A stretch of 64,000 bases of DNA from positions 124,001 to 188,000 of the forward strand of contig AP039697.1 in NCBI GenBank assembly GCA_051599415.1. The letters are read 5' to 3'. The position numbers were made by a program, and so were the translations under genes. Numbering within the stretch: the first letter of the stretch is position 1; the number at the start of each line of letters is the position of its first letter. This DNA is from Savitreella phatthalungensis (Eukaryota). This document shows, piece after piece, positions 1-10,458 of this stretch. A model generated the notes under the pieces. That model did no database searches and was not told the DNA's origin. It saw only the letters and a program-made list of their open reading frames with translations.

Positions 1-391
1 CATGAGGAAAGGTTCCGATGGATCTTGAATAGCTCTTCAAGGCCGGTACAGCTGCTTTTATACCCCACGATCAGGACATCGCCTTTGCAAGATCCCGCTC
101 GGTAGCATCATTGTGAAAAGGTTGGGAACTCTTCCCCTCAGAAGACCTGGACCGCTGACCTTTACAGCATGGTCTCCCGCAGTTCTGACCCCACATGGCA
201 TATGAGACGTTCGGCGTGAACGCTACCGACTGAAGCACTGGCTGTTTCGAAATCCCAGCACCGGATCGACACGCTTGATTGCTCTTTCGCATGGACGCCA
301 CATCCCCACGCATCTTCATTCAGACATTCTCTCGCGCAATTTTTGAAGCAATTCGTCTACTCTGGTCCCACATTTCCCCTCAATTCGAGCG

Positions 392-1327
392 CTACGAGAA
401 CTCGGGATCAGCTTGACACTCCCGACTCCAGATCTCGCCCTTGTCCTTGTGCCCTCCAACGCCATCCGACTTGCCATTTTGGGCGTGGTGGAGAGTGATA
501 TTGGAGAACTTGACTTTGGCTGCACTTGCAGCGCGGCCAGTGACTGTGTGACGGTGAACGTTCAAGTGGATCTTGGCCGGCGGATCGACCATGTCATCCT
601 TGTGGGCAGGACCTTCGTCAGGGTGCCGCCTCGACCACAGAGCATCCCCAGGCCACGCCGCCAGCTCGCACTCCCATGCAGCTCCGCCAGTCTCGCCACC
701 GCTCACGGCGTCCCGACATTCCCACAATCCGCTTGCAGGACCCCCAAGCCTACCGCCCCCAGAAGCATACTTCACCTTCGCCACAAGCGACCCGACCTCC
801 TTGCGCGGCGCGCCGTACACGACTGCAGCAGTGTGGATCGGTCGACCGGTCTCCACTGGCGTGGCTGATAGGTGAGGGTGATGTGTTAGGCCGGGATCAT
901 GCGTTGGGGTCGGGGTCGGGGTCGGCTGGTCTGAGGGGAGTGCTCGCTTGTGAGGGTGTCCGTCGTGGTGGTGGGTGATGGCATCATCCTCGTCAGGCCG
1001 CTCGTGCAGCTCGCTACCCTTCATGCCCGCCTGGATCCCACCATCGCTCACACCGTCACCATCTCCAGCCCTACCGCCCTCGGAATTGTCGCCCCCGAAC
1101 TTTCTACCATCGTCTTCAACGCGGCAGCCGACGGCTAAGTTGGCAGGCAGCGTCCACGCAAAATCACCCCCATCGTCGGGGGGATCGAGATCAAACGCGT
1201 GCGAGTGCCCATACTCATGTCCATGTGATGACGAAGGTGAAGGCGTGGGATCGGTGGCGGCTGGTGGGTGACTTTGCACACCGATCGCCGAGTACGCAAG
1301 AATGAACGAGATTGCAGAGACAAGCAT
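392..1327 (-). CDS. Secreted protein of unknown function (His/Pro/Gly-rich)
   Basis: Long ORF 392..1489. Met55 (ATG at 1327) starts a signal-peptide-like MLVSAISFILAYSAIGVQS. Contains a KR site, a PT repeat and a Cys-containing WEC..WECEL segment shared with the neighbouring gene. Confidence 0.6.
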   Translation of the reverse strand: MLVSAISFILAYSAIGVQSHPPAATDPTPSPSSSHGHEYGHSHAFDLDPPDDGGDFAWTLPANLAVGCRVEDDGRKFGGDNSEGGRAGDGDGVSDGGIQAGMKGSELHERPDEDDAITHHHDGHPHKRALPSDQPTPTPTPTHDPGLTHHPHLSATPVETGRPIHTAAVVYGAPRKEVGSLVAKVKYASGGGRLGGPASGLWECRDAVSGGETGGAAWECELAAWPGDALWSRRHPDEGPAHKDDMVDPPAKIHLNVHRHTVTGRAASAAKVKFSNITLHHAQNGKSDGVGGHKDKGEIWSRECQADPEFS

Positions 1328-1642
1328 CTTTGTCTGTTCACCGACGCAGGGCACCGACCATGGTCTTATATCGTCTCTGATCCCCATCTCGAGGAGCCTG
1401 ACATCGACCACCGGATGCTGCGTCACGCGAATCTTGCGAAACCCAACTCCCGAAGACCACACACTCGCATGACGACCTCGAATAACCACGCAAGATCCCG
1501 ACAGGTCACTCTCTTCACTTAAGATCTATCGGATTCCCGAAATCGCACAGTTCACAAACACGCGCTTCCACCCGCTCGATTACTACACCTCCACCGCGAG
1601 ATACCTCCCCACACCATCCGATCACGCGCGGCACATGACCTT

Positions 1643-2065
1643 CTACCCGTACGCTTTTCCCGAGCCTCCGTATTTGGTAGGTACTGCACAGCCGCCACCT
1701 GCTTGGTAACCTTGGTTGTCGACGACAGTGGTGTTGGTGATGGTGTAGGCGTTTGCGGTTGGGGTGACGGTGGTTTTGACCATGTACATGCCGAGATACC
1801 GATTACTCGCTTCCAAGAGGCACTCCCAGCCACCTGTCGCCCCCGCTTCCGTACACCAGTAGTACGACACCCGTTTAGGTCCTCCCGTGTTTGTCGTCAG
1901 CGCAATACCGAGAGACACCAAGGTCGTACCAGACACAATCACCTTGCCACCGCTCGCGTCACACCACAGGTCCTCAGCCGATGGCGTGTCCGATGGTGTT
2001 GGGGCAGGTGAGTCGGCGAAAGCGGTGGCTGTGAGGAGGATGAATGGGATGGATGAGTAGCGCAT
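1643..2065 (-). CDS. Small secreted Cys-containing protein (~140 aa), effector-like
   Basis: Met31 of ORF 1643..2155 (ATG at 2065) begins signal peptide MRYSSIPFILLTATAFA. The mature part has 4 Cys and no recognisable domain. Confidence 0.7.
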   Translation of the reverse strand: MRYSSIPFILLTATAFADSPAPTPSDTPSAEDLWCDASGGKVIVSGTTLVSLGIALTTNTGGPKRVSYYWCTEAGATGGWECLLEASNRYLGMYMVKTTVTPTANAYTITNTTVVDNQGYQAGGGCAVPTKYGGSGKAYG

Positions 2066-2262
2066 GGTGGGAGAGCTTGGAGTGGGGTGGATCCGGGGGG
2101 ATTTTATTAGGCTGAGATCGTAGAACAGTTTGCCACGCAAACAAGAGGGAAACAAACAGTTCTTCTACATCGATCGAGTGCTCATCTCGCATGCATCAAA
2201 TGTTGTCCTGTGCTATCCTAACTATATATAACGTCTATGTAATTTTGACCTGTGAGAGGTGT

Positions 2263-5200
2263 CTATGCGAGTTGTGCCTGGACGAGTTTCCAGTATCTTC
2301 CCTTTTTGCGACAGAGTTGCTTGTGAGTGCCTACTTCGACGACGTGTCCTGCTTCGACGACGACGATCGCGTCTGCGTTGACGATGGTCGATAATCTGTG
2401 GGCGACGGTGATGGTGGTCCTGCCTTCAGCAGCAACGTCGAGCGCTCGTTGGACCGACCGCTCTGCCTGGAGGTCGAGTGCCGAGGTGGCTTCGTCGAGC
2501 AGGAGGACTTCAGGATCGCGGACTAGGGCTCGAGCGATACACAGACGCTGTCGTTGGCCGCCTGACAGCTGAGCTCCCTTCATACCGATCTGTGTCCAAA
2601 TACCCTGAGGCAGCGAGTCGACAAATTGCAGGATGTTTGCCTGGGCGAGACATCGACGCAGGTGGGAGATAGGTACGCCGTTGACGACAGTATCGTCCTT
2701 GGCCTCGTTGTCGCCTGGGTGCGGCTTTGGTGATTGACGCTTCTGCTTCTCTAGGTCGGACGAGGCATTGGTCGGAGAGGTCTCTGTGGAGAGTGGTGTT
2801 TCTGGGAGATTAATGCCGGAAGCGTCGTTCGTCGGCTCTTGGTCTGTTAGTCCAGATCGTGCCAGATTCTCAAAGTCGCGAGGCGTGTGACCGAGTGCAC
2901 CGAGAGAAAGGTTCCATGCGATCGTGCCATCGTACAAAACAGCGTCTTGCGAGACGAGAGACATGCGCGCGCGGTGCTGCTCTGGCGTCATGGAGCGGAT
3001 GTCACGCCCATTGAAGCTGACGCTGCCACGTTCCGGGTCATAGTAACGCTGGAGGAGTGAAAGGATAGATGTCTTGCCTCCGCCAGAAGGACCACAGAGC
3101 GCAACGTGCTGACCAGGCTGAATGTGGAGAGAGAAGTCAGTGAGCACGTTCACATCGGGACGCGCAGGATAGCGAAGCGTGACCTCTTTCAGAACGATTT
3201 CGGCGCCCTTGACACCTGGCTTCTCGCGAGCTGGGGATGAGCCCTCGGAAGACGCAGAGTCCTCGACACCAGCTTGACCTTCGGTGGGTAAGCTTTGATA
3301 CCGTGGCTTCCTAGTCAGATAGGTGACGATGACTCCCATGGAGTGGAAAGCACGTGAGATATCTGGGATGAAGGATGCTGCTCGACCAGTTGAGAAGGAT
3401 GCAATGATGACGGCTTCGAAGGAGGCGAAGAATGCGGTGGATTCGAGGCGGCCTTCGACCAGGAGCTTGGAACCGTACCAGAACGTGAGTCCTGAAATCC
3501 AGAAGACGGTGGCTTGGGAGAAGGCGAAGCCGAAAGTGCCGAGGTAGAGCCACTTGAGCCGAGACTTGTCCTCCGATTTGATCATCTTTGCGTACTTTGT
3601 GTGAACTGTGCGTTCCAAGGTCAGCGCCTGGAGCTCGCGAATGGCGCCAATGTTGTCACTCGCATAGGCAGCGGCGTCGTCCTGCGCGGTCTGTCCTTCG
3701 TTCTCGTACCGCTCGAGGAGGACGACGTTGAAGTAGCCGGAGAAGACGAATATGACGATCGGCGCCAAACACACCACAGCAAGGTTCCAGCTGAGTACGA
3801 AAGCTAGCACGATCGATCCGATCAGGTTGAAGGCCGAGATCGACAGTAGTGAGGCGACAAGACCTGCAGCTGCGGCGACTCCTGCGGGATGTGAGGAGAT
3901 GCTCGACGTAAGCGTGCCCAAAGAGTTCTCCTCGAGGTCGAAAAAGCCGACCTCTTGTCTGAGAAGAGCTCGAGTCATTGCATCTTTGAGCCTGCGTGCG
4001 AGCTGCTCTGCAGAGAAGGAGAAGAGGAAGCCTGAAGAGAAGCCGGCAACGGCATCGATGCAGGCGAGGACGAGGAAGTAGATACACCAAAGATCGACTT
4101 GAGACCGGATGTCGTTCGGTGTCGCGGCAGTCGTCAGCGACGTGATGGTTCTACCGACTAGGTATGCGGACACCGGGAATGATGCACCGACAACGAGAGA
4201 GCTCAACAGGCCAAGACCCATTAGGGGCATGGTTGGCTTGGCGAAGCGGGCGAACATTCGGAATCGCTCGCCGGAGGTCGGTTTCTTCTTCCGTGGCTCA
4301 GCTGGATTCTCCAGGTCATCGGGATTGGCGATCAGCTTAGATGGAACTCTCGTCATGACATGCCCATGTGCTGCGGACGACTCTTTCTGCTGCGGATCAG
4401 CACGCCTGCTTGCGCGTGCCTGGTACGATGAGCCGTGCTGAACGCCAGCGTAAGTGTCTGTCGACATGGCAGATTTGTGACGGGAGATATAGTCTGGCCG
4501 GCCTTCTGGTGGACCTGGAGGAAGTCTGCTCACGTCGTCCTCGACCAGTTCATCATCCGTGTAGATCGTCTCTCTGTCGCTCTCAAGGTGTGTCGCCACG
4601 TCAACATCGTTCTCATCGTCGTTGTCATTACTGTCGTTCGTCACACCAGGGACATGAGCGTTCTGTTGCGCCAGATCCACAAGCTCTTTGTACCTGCCCT
4701 TTTTCTCCATCAGTTGATCGTGCGTGCCCTGCTCGAGCACACGCCCATCGCCCATGACGACGATCTTGTCAGCATCTCTGACGGACGAGATGCGATGAGC
4801 GATGATGATGCAGGTGCGATCTTTGCCGCGACCTTCGTTCAGGGCGGCATAGACACGCTTTTCCGACTGCGTGTCGAGTGCGGAGGTTGCTTCGTCGAGG
4901 ACAAGGTATCGTGGCTCGCGGACGAGCGCACGGGCGATTGCAACACGCTGTCGTTGGCCGCCACTCAGGAAACCACCTGTGGCGCCGACGACCGTGTCGA
5001 AACCTCTGGGCATCTGCTCGATGAAATCGAGTGCATCAGCACGCTTGGCCGCATCTTTTACGAGTTCACGCTTGCGTTCTTCTGGGGCGTCCTCGTCCTC
5101 CGTGCCGACGAGACCGAATGCAATGTTCTCAAACACCGACACGTTGAACATGTTTGGATTCTGCGGGCACATGCTGACCTGCCTCCGCAGGTGCGACACA

Positions 5201-6597
5201 TTCACATCGCGCACATCGTGACCACCCACGTGGACCTCGCCCTCGACAGGGTCGTAGAAGCGGACAACAAGTGAAGTCACAGTCGACTTGCCACTTCCAG
5301 ATGTGCCGACGATAGCAGTAGTCTTGCGGTGCTCGAATGTGACTGTGACGTTGTCGAGAGATTTGATGTTGGGACGAGCGGGGTACGCGAAAGTGACATC
5401 TTTGAGAGTGATATCGCCACTAAGGTCTTCCTTGACGCCGGTGGTACTGGATGAGTCAATCTCGGGCTGCCTGTCAATGTCGCGGAAGATACGATCTTGG
5501 ACCTGGGCTGATTCTGTGATGGTGTTGATCTGTGGTACAATGCCGGCAATGGAGAAGAGACCGGAAAGGTAGACGAAGAAGGTGGTGGAGAGTTCACCGA
5601 TTGTGATTCGTCCGGCAGCCAATTGTTTCGCACCGTACCAGAAACCCAGGGAGAATGCAATGAGCACACAGAAGTACAAGGTACTGAGCTCACTACCGCG
5701 CACTGCTGACTTCTTCGTGGCAGCCTTCATAACGCGCTTGAGACGGTCGTCGTGACGATCTGCTAGCTCGTCCCTGGCTTCGAATGCATGAACGATCCTG
5801 ACGCTACCGAGAATGTTGTCGAGGAAGTTGCCAGCTTTACCTTCTGCATGCAGCTCGTCTTCTGTAAAGCGATTACCAAGCTTGACGTTGATGTAGTAGA
5901 GGATCAAGGTGAAAGGAATGATGGAGAAGAGAACTCCTGCCATCTTTGTGGCCTTGGTCAGACCGATGATGATGCCGACGACAATGGTGACAGAGGACCA
6001 GATGGCAAATGCAAGCTTCTCACCGATGCCGCCCTGGATGATTGAGATATCCTTAGTCGTGCGGCCTGACACTTCACCAGCGCCGACCTCGTCAAAGAAA
6101 GTGATGTCCTGCCGAAGGACGGATGCGAGGTATGCATTGCGGATCTTCGTGGCCATCCGCTCTCCTGCGCGTGTATAGCACGTCAAGAAAAGCCAAGTGA
6201 AGATGAGCTCGCCGATACCGACGCCAAGAATACCGAGACCGACGGTTCTGGCCTGTGAGGTTGCCTGCTGTGCTGCCGCACCGCTCAAATTGCCCGTGTT
6301 GGCCTCTGTGAAATTACCATATAGGAGATCGAGCGATGGGAATGCAAGTCCAGCGAGAAGTGCGCTGAGGGTGCCCACGAGGTACAGCAGTGCCTCTTGC
6401 CGACCGACGTAGCGCAGGAAGAGGAAGTACGATGGTTGCCACTTTCGACGATTGGCTGTCTCGCTCAGTTGGACTTTGTCGGACTTGCGCTTGACGAGCG
6501 ACGTGGTCGGCTTCGTGTCGCGTGATGCTTCATCTTTGGTCGCTTGTGCTTCTATATCGCCAGGTCGACTGCCTGCTGAAGCAGTATTACCAGACAT
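2263..6597 (-). CDS. Full-length ABCB (MDR/P-glycoprotein-type) ABC transporter
   Basis: TMD-NBD-TMD-NBD layout. Walker A GTSGSGKS and GPSGGGKT, signature LSGGQRQR twice, Walker B LDEATSALD twice, H-loop AHR. Confidence 0.97.
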   Translation of the reverse strand: MSGNTASAGSRPGDIEAQATKDEASRDTKPTTSLVKRKSDKVQLSETANRRKWQPSYFLFLRYVGRQEALLYLVGTLSALLAGLAFPSLDLLYGNFTEANTGNLSGAAAQQATSQARTVGLGILGVGIGELIFTWLFLTCYTRAGERMATKIRNAYLASVLRQDITFFDEVGAGEVSGRTTKDISIIQGGIGEKLAFAIWSSVTIVVGIIIGLTKATKMAGVLFSIIPFTLILYYINVKLGNRFTEDELHAEGKAGNFLDNILGSVRIVHAFEARDELADRHDDRLKRVMKAATKKSAVRGSELSTLYFCVLIAFSLGFWYGAKQLAAGRITIGELSTTFFVYLSGLFSIAGIVPQINTITESAQVQDRIFRDIDRQPEIDSSSTTGVKEDLSGDITLKDVTFAYPARPNIKSLDNVTVTFEHRKTTAIVGTSGSGKSTVTSLVVRFYDPVEGEVHVGGHDVRDVNVSHLRRQVSMCPQNPNMFNVSVFENIAFGLVGTEDEDAPEERKRELVKDAAKRADALDFIEQMPRGFDTVVGATGGFLSGGQRQRVAIARALVREPRYLVLDEATSALDTQSEKRVYAALNEGRGKDRTCIIIAHRISSVRDADKIVVMGDGRVLEQGTHDQLMEKKGRYKELVDLAQQNAHVPGVTNDSNDNDDENDVDVATHLESDRETIYTDDELVEDDVSRLPPGPPEGRPDYISRHKSAMSTDTYAGVQHGSSYQARASRRADPQQKESSAAHGHVMTRVPSKLIANPDDLENPAEPRKKKPTSGERFRMFARFAKPTMPLMGLGLLSSLVVGASFPVSAYLVGRTITSLTTAATPNDIRSQVDLWCIYFLVLACIDAVAGFSSGFLFSFSAEQLARRLKDAMTRALLRQEVGFFDLEENSLGTLTSSISSHPAGVAAAAGLVASLLSISAFNLIGSIVLAFVLSWNLAVVCLAPIVIFVFSGYFNVVLLERYENEGQTAQDDAAAYASDNIGAIRELQALTLERTVHTKYAKMIKSEDKSRLKWLYLGTFGFAFSQATVFWISGLTFWYGSKLLVEGRLESTAFFASFEAVIIASFSTGRAASFIPDISRAFHSMGVIVTYLTRKPRYQSLPTEGQAGVEDSASSEGSSPAREKPGVKGAEIVLKEVTLRYPARPDVNVLTDFSLHIQPGQHVALCGPSGGGKTSILSLLQRYYDPERGSVSFNGRDIRSMTPEQHRARMSLVSQDAVLYDGTIAWNLSLGALGHTPRDFENLARSGLTDQEPTNDASGINLPETPLSTETSPTNASSDLEKQKRQSPKPHPGDNEAKDDTVVNGVPISHLRRCLAQANILQFVDSLPQGIWTQIGMKGAQLSGGQRQRLCIARALVRDPEVLLLDEATSALDLQAERSVQRALDVAAEGRTTITVAHRLSTIVNADAIVVVEAGHVVEVGTHKQLCRKKGRYWKLVQAQLA

Positions 6598-7456
6598 GGC
6601 TGTGCTTGAGGATGCTAGGTATGTGAGAGATTACGTGGTGGAAAATTCAATTGAGCGTGGCCAACTCCATGCGCGCGAGGATTGTAGTTCGGTGGATGGC
6701 TGTGGATGGATGCGCGTGCGATGAACAAGAGTATGGAAGCGGACGTCTGTGTTTGTCTCGTCTGTCAGTGATGAATGAGTCACACTGCTCGATGAAGAAG
6801 ATGAGCTCTGTAACAAGGTGCAAAATGTTTGGTGGTTGTCGAGTCACTGCTGTATATAGAGCACCGCCTCAAAAAAGGAATCAAGCTGATCTGATAGGAA
6901 GCTCGGTTAAGAAGACCTTTCCGCGGGCGCTAAGGATGTGGTGGCGCCTTGAAGAAAGAAGGAGAATCAGCGCGGGCGATGTCAAGTGATTCTCTATCCT
7001 TTGTATTGTGAATCCTCTCTTTATCCTCTCTCTCTCTCTTGAGATTTCCTGTGCTGAAGCTGAGGCTACGTTTTGTGTGAGAGGACGAAGCGCTTACGAT
7101 TGTGCACTAGCTGTGTTATGACCACCTTTTTTTTGACAGATGTGGATCTTACTTGTGAGATCTGCTTGTGAGTCGATGTAGATTGGGCAAGGTCGATCAC
7201 GTATCCTACTCTGGGAGATGATTCTCAGAGTTAATGCCGTCACCTGTTGTATTGCTTCAGGTAACTAGTTGTATAGCGGATGCGGGTAAGTGTGCATCTA
7301 GATAGACGGGGATAGATGGATGGATGAAAGGATGAATGAATACGGTGGGTACACAAGTACAACTACACCCAAGTACTACATTCAAGAACTGTATTTACGG
7401 GGGGCGTAGAACGGGATGCTCTCAGACTAACATGAGAACGGAGAAGTGAGAAGACA

Positions 7457-7503
7457 GGATGGATGGATGGATGGTTGGATGGATGAGTGGATGGATGAGT
7501 GGG
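7457..7503 (+). repeat. Imperfect (GGAT)n microsatellite
   Basis: ggatggatggatggatggttggatggatgagtggatggatgagtggg read directly; a shorter copy lies near 7310-7340. Confidence 0.85.
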
Positions 7504-8333
7504 TCGGTGGGGGATAATTTCTAAATCTGGTATCGTTGTCATGGTTGTCAGATTGACTCAGATTGACTTTTTAAACCCATATTGACTATCGGTGATGTGC
7601 GCTCCTTCAGTAGATTGACGGCTAGTAATTCGTCCAAGTGGTACTGCTCACTGACCTACTGCTGAGTGCATACCCTTCTCTGTTGAAGATGCCTAGTACG
7701 GGGATTCCTATGGAAAGAGCTTTCTTCATCCTATGGCAAGTACTCTGGTAAAGGTCAGTTGAGAATGATGACATCTTTTTCGTTTATTGTACTTTCCTTC
7801 CCGCTTTGGCTTGCACATCACAGCCCGATCACATCCAAGCTCAGGTGGGATTGAGCAAATTTATGCCAAAATCGCCGCGCTTTGACCTTGTTGTGATAGG
7901 ATGTATACTGGGGGGATCATGGGGCTCATTAGAGATAGGACCGTGGTGAGCTTCTCTTGCTATAGACGCAAAAGGACGTTGAGCCACGACGGTACTCGTT
8001 TAAGCTTCTTTCGAATTTCACTGCGGGAGACACAGCCAATGATGTAGTCCATACTGTAGATTGAGAGTGTAAACCGAGAGGAACGAGCCAATCGGTAACA
8101 GGATCCTCACATGCATATCCATCTGTCTTTTCCGCAGTCTTCATTTCCTTGTCAGTGTCAGAAAGATGTACTCTCTCTGATATCATGTCTATCTTGCTCT
8201 CTCACTACTCACTTATCGACCCACGCCATCGGAACAGTCATGGAATTCACATTGAGATGCAAGTCACATAGGGGAACATCCGAACTGCATCATCAATTGG
8301 ACTCCATATAGTACAACTCCTTGATCTACAACT

Positions 8334-9578
8334 CTACAATTCATCCTTGACATCCACAGCCGGCTCATCTACTGCTGCTTCTACAACTGCCTCCTTGGTG
8401 TGCATCTGAGTCAGAGGTCTGAGAAACTTGCGCTCGCCTTTGTACCCCGCAGGACTGAAGCCCGGCTCTAGGACCATGAGACTAAGGATCTCGTATGCCA
8501 GATCTGCTGCTGCGAGCGATGTTGTTTCTCCTCTGTTGTCATACGCCGGTGAGACCTCGACGATATCTGCACCAACAAAGTTTAATCCTTTGAGCTCGTG
8601 TAACAATGCTCGCATCTCTCGCATCGTCCACCCGCCGCTCTCTGGCGTGCCCGTGCCAGGTGCGATACTCGGGTCTAGTACGTCAATATCGATCGACAGG
8701 TACACTGGTCTGTCTTCTCCTAAGACCTGCTTGATCATCGTGGCGATTCCCGCGACGCCGACGTGATCCATATCCCGCGCCTCAATGAACTTGAAACCCA
8801 CGTGGCTGTCGTGTTCGTAATCGCCGAAATCCTCACCGCTCAATCTGGTCCTCAAGCCTGCATGCACGCTCGTTCCATTCGAGATATATCCCTTCTGAGC
8901 AGCCAGGTGGAACATGCTACCGTGCGTGAATTCCGACTGCTTGCTCGCCCACAATGTCCCGTAAGCAGACGGCTGCCACGTGTCTAGGTGAGAGTCGAAG
9001 TGGAGAACTGAAATTGGGCCGTAGTGAGTGTGGAGAGCGTTGAGGATTGGCATGGAGATGGAATGATCTCCACCGAGGGTCAACAGTCTTCGAAGGATCT
9101 TCCCGTCCGACAGCACGCGCTTTCCATCGTCCGTCTTGTCTGCAGGTGTTGCGACAGGACCGGAAAGCAGCTCGCGGAACGCATAAGTCATCTGCTCAAC
9201 GGCCACCGCATTGTCAAACGGCGTGACAGGCACGTCACCAAGGTCGAGCACCGTTGCCCAGTTGCCATAAGGATTCACGCCGAGCATCGGGTTGAATCCA
9301 CGTGACGGGATCTGCCGCTGCGACATGTGTCGGATAGCTCTAGGTCCGAAACGAGCGCCTGTCCGAAACGACACCGCCGTATCGAAAGGTACGCCGACAA
9401 TGCCTATATCGAATGCACGATCAGGCTGCAGTAGCCCAGGAACATGCTCAAGGTGAGCAAATGTCTCGATGCCAGCGTATGACCAATTGATGTCCCATTT
9501 AGAGGTGTCATCATCTCGATACCGCTGCTCTTCCTGTGCTGTGACTGCAGAAGCCAGCAGGAGGAAACCGACTAGCAT
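8334..9578 (-). CDS. Agmatinase/guanidino-acid hydrolase (arginase/ureohydrolase family) with signal peptide and C-terminal KDEL
   Basis: Motifs GARFGPRAIR, GGDHS, DSHLD, SIDIDVLDP, GTGTPE. N-terminus MLVGFLLLASAVTA; ends VKDEL. Confidence 0.93.
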   Translation of the reverse strand: MLVGFLLLASAVTAQEEQRYRDDDTSKWDINWSYAGIETFAHLEHVPGLLQPDRAFDIGIVGVPFDTAVSFRTGARFGPRAIRHMSQRQIPSRGFNPMLGVNPYGNWATVLDLGDVPVTPFDNAVAVEQMTYAFRELLSGPVATPADKTDDGKRVLSDGKILRRLLTLGGDHSISMPILNALHTHYGPISVLHFDSHLDTWQPSAYGTLWASKQSEFTHGSMFHLAAQKGYISNGTSVHAGLRTRLSGEDFGDYEHDSHVGFKFIEARDMDHVGVAGIATMIKQVLGEDRPVYLSIDIDVLDPSIAPGTGTPESGGWTMREMRALLHELKGLNFVGADIVEVSPAYDNRGETTSLAAADLAYEILSLMVLEPGFSPAGYKGERKFLRPLTQMHTKEAVVEAAVDEPAVDVKDEL

Positions 9579-10458
9579 CGCAGATAGGCTATCTGTGGCA
9601 GTCGTAGAGTCTCAGTGGTGGCGAGGTCTTCGGCTGAAGTAGTCCTGGTCGTGCGAGTGGTGCCCCGGAAGTACCTCAATCCCGCGTGACCGAAACAGAA
9701 GTCCCGGCGGCAGAGTGTGTAACGGCTCCACATGTATCACGTGATGGGAGAATCCGACATTTGAGAGCGATTCTCCACGGCATCCACCCTTTCGATTAGA
9801 ATCCATGTCCAGTCGTCAGGAAGCTTTGTCGTTTATAGATCTTAGAGGGCGCAGATAGATGATACGAGATCAGTGAATTTGAACCTCACTCGATTTGATT
9901 AGGACTCCACCTATTCGTCCTGATTGTACGATTGATCGATCAATTACAGAACTTCAATAGGCGCGTATACGAAGAGTGTCAGCTACCCGGACCTGTACTG
10001 TGCGATCCGCCACATCGGGCTTTAATCACGACCTTCATAGTACGTTCATCTACCAGTGTTTCCTTGATGAATAGGTAAAGCAGGAGACATTAATCTCTGG
10101 TCAGGTACGAGGACTGATCGACGTGGTTACGTACCTGAACCCATTCACCAAAGACTGAACCCTGAGTCTCTCGAACATCAGCTTGCTCGGAGGCTCGTAC
10201 AATGATATTTGCAATCTATTTGCTTCGCTTCCATGTCATTGTCCCTCTGCTCCGTACGAGAATCTGCTGCGTACGAGAAGGAACCCTTTTCCACCACCAT
10301 GGTCAGCTAGCTAGCATAGCGAAAGTTCACGGCTTTGCAATGAAATACGAAAACTATCGGACCGGATCACTGACGTCGCCGAAGATTCGTACTAGTGTGT
10401 CTATATAAGCATTCGTGCCCGTTAAACTGAGCGTACCTTCCATCGTCCGCTCTTCACC

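Noticed and set aside
330..355. GCAATTTTTGAA resembling an snRNA Sm site
   Set aside because: No U4 or U5 conserved upstream sequence (e.g. the U5 loop GCCTTTTAC) is present.
4435..5274. 279-aa plus-strand ORF and similar long antisense ORFs (13962..14750, 29493..30146, 55063..55905)
   Set aside because: Antisense shadows of well-supported genes, explained by codon bias; no motifs.
9612..9806. 64-aa ATG ORF ending 34 nt before the agmatinase start (possible uORF)
   Set aside because: No recognisable peptide, probably upstream of the TSS, and length compatible with chance.
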